Positions 62,780-64,000 of a stretch of DNA of 64,000 nucleotides are shown here, one piece after another. Position 1 is the first letter of the stretch. Every line of letters starts with the position of its first letter. The translations under genes and the position numbers were made by a program. The notes under the pieces are model-generated. The model searched no databases, had not been told where the DNA came from, and saw nothing but the letters and a program-made list of their open reading frames with translations. The DNA comes from Chrysomallon squamiferum (taxonomy: Eukaryota; Animalia; Mollusca): contig CM022668.1 of the NCBI GenBank assembly GCA_012295275.1, forward strand, positions 3,038,001-3,102,000, written 5' to 3'.

Positions 62780-63689
62780 TACTACTACCACTAATAATAA
62801 TAATAATAATAGTAATAATAATAATATGTAGTTGTTTTTATTGTTATTGTTACTACTATTCATATTATTATGTTCTTGTTTTTGTTATTATTATTATTAC
62901 TGATGTTGTTGTTGCTGTTGTATTATTACAGTTATGATTATTAGTTGCAGTTATTCTGATGATGATTACTGCCTGTTGTTGTTGTTGGTGTTGTTATTAT
63001 TATTGTTCTTCTTCTTCTGCTGCTGTTGTTTTTGTAAAAGAGACGTTGATAAACTTACAGTTTCATCTCTCTTGAAGAAAACAATATCTGTTAATATCTG
63101 GTAATTTTCTTGTATTTAAATTTAGAAATTGTTAAATTTTAAAAATTTGTTAATATTTATTTGTAATTTTTAACATTGAAATAATTATTAACATCTAAAA
63201 TTATTTTAAATTTAAATAATCTCATACATTTGTTTTTCAAGCCGGTATATTTTAACTCGTTGTAACTTGAAGACTATTTCAAATTTAGCGACTAAAATAG
63301 ATTTTTCACTGGTAAGACTTTAATATTGACATAAGGTGTGTTTGAATATTCATATAAAAATTAAAGTTTATTTTCTTTTAAAACGATTGCTGTTATACTT
63401 TGGTCAATTTGAAGGTTTTGTATTTCCGTGTGTGAAATCTTTAAAAAAAAACAATTCACAAACATGATCCAGACAGATGCATGACAGCAATATCCGATTC
63501 TGAATCATATTCTATGGACACAGAGTCTATTTGCAAAACTTGAAACTGTTTATCTGTGACAAATAGCAGTTTTTGTTATCTCATTTGATACAGCAACGTG
63601 GATGGATATGAAGTTTATGAAAATATTGTGTAAAATTTGCGAAATTTAAGAAGAACTTGGTTTAATCATTTTTGGTGATGCTTAATAAA

Positions 63690-64000
63690 CTACTGTGAAG
63701 TTCCACAAGCTGAGGTGAAGGATGCTTTTTTTTCTTTTCACTTCACACAGACCATTTGGAGGAAAGTGCAAGATCTAGGTCTTACTGTTCTGCCAACTGC
63801 CGACTGCGAAGTGCAAGATGCGTGGTTTGAAGCCACGGCTGACAGATCTGATGTTCCACATTAATCGGAGACATTAAATGATTCTCTGGTGTCTACATGA
63901 GTAGACAATGACGTCAGATTCCCTTTGATTTGTGGAACCATCATCTGACCACCTGCTCCAGAACAAACAATAATCTGCAGGTTTTCATTCGAGAATAAAC
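63690..64000 (+). mobile_element. Second copy of the MULE transposase remnant (runs off the window end)
   Basis: Reverse complement of ~40427-40735, near-identical. Confidence 0.68.

Larger units (their letters stand above)
54531..64000 (+). repeat. Inverted, somewhat more diverged copy of ~40427-50100 (B-gene downstream region)
   Basis: Mirror ORF pairs 55382/49007, 56484/47961, 60162/44206, 62146/42205, 62400/41951. Confidence 0.93.

Overview
AT-rich, microsatellite-dense eukaryotic DNA (spliceosomal GT-AG introns, Tc1 and Mutator-like transposon relics; an invertebrate animal is inferred, not shown). It consists of three contigs joined by two 200-N gaps (18609-18808, 54331-54530). The only credible host protein-coding content is a locally amplified two-coding-exon gene family: three intact copies (434-2601 +, 16712-18597 +, 28074-29960 -), one frameshifted copy (50188-52074 -) and one 3'-truncated copy (39344-39491 -). 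The ~406-408 aa product is a type II membrane protein with a 6-Cys hevein-like module followed by a GDS...DxxH SGNH-type domain resembling CASD1-lumenal/NXPE/plant TBL O-acetyltransferases and esterases. Two subtypes (A, B) alternate in a higher-order duplication unit of about 22 kb (about 29 kb where a 7.2-kb deletion is absent). The apparent giant palindromes coincide with the gaps and probably reflect a reversed or overlapping middle contig. Intergenic DNA carries three consecutive inverted-repeat pairs, two of whose spacers are flipped between paralogous regions, plus 24-bp and 21-bp minisatellites, three dead Tc1 copies and MULE remnants. Nearly all other ORFs in the track are microsatellite or low-complexity artefacts. 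All alignments and counts were done by eye.
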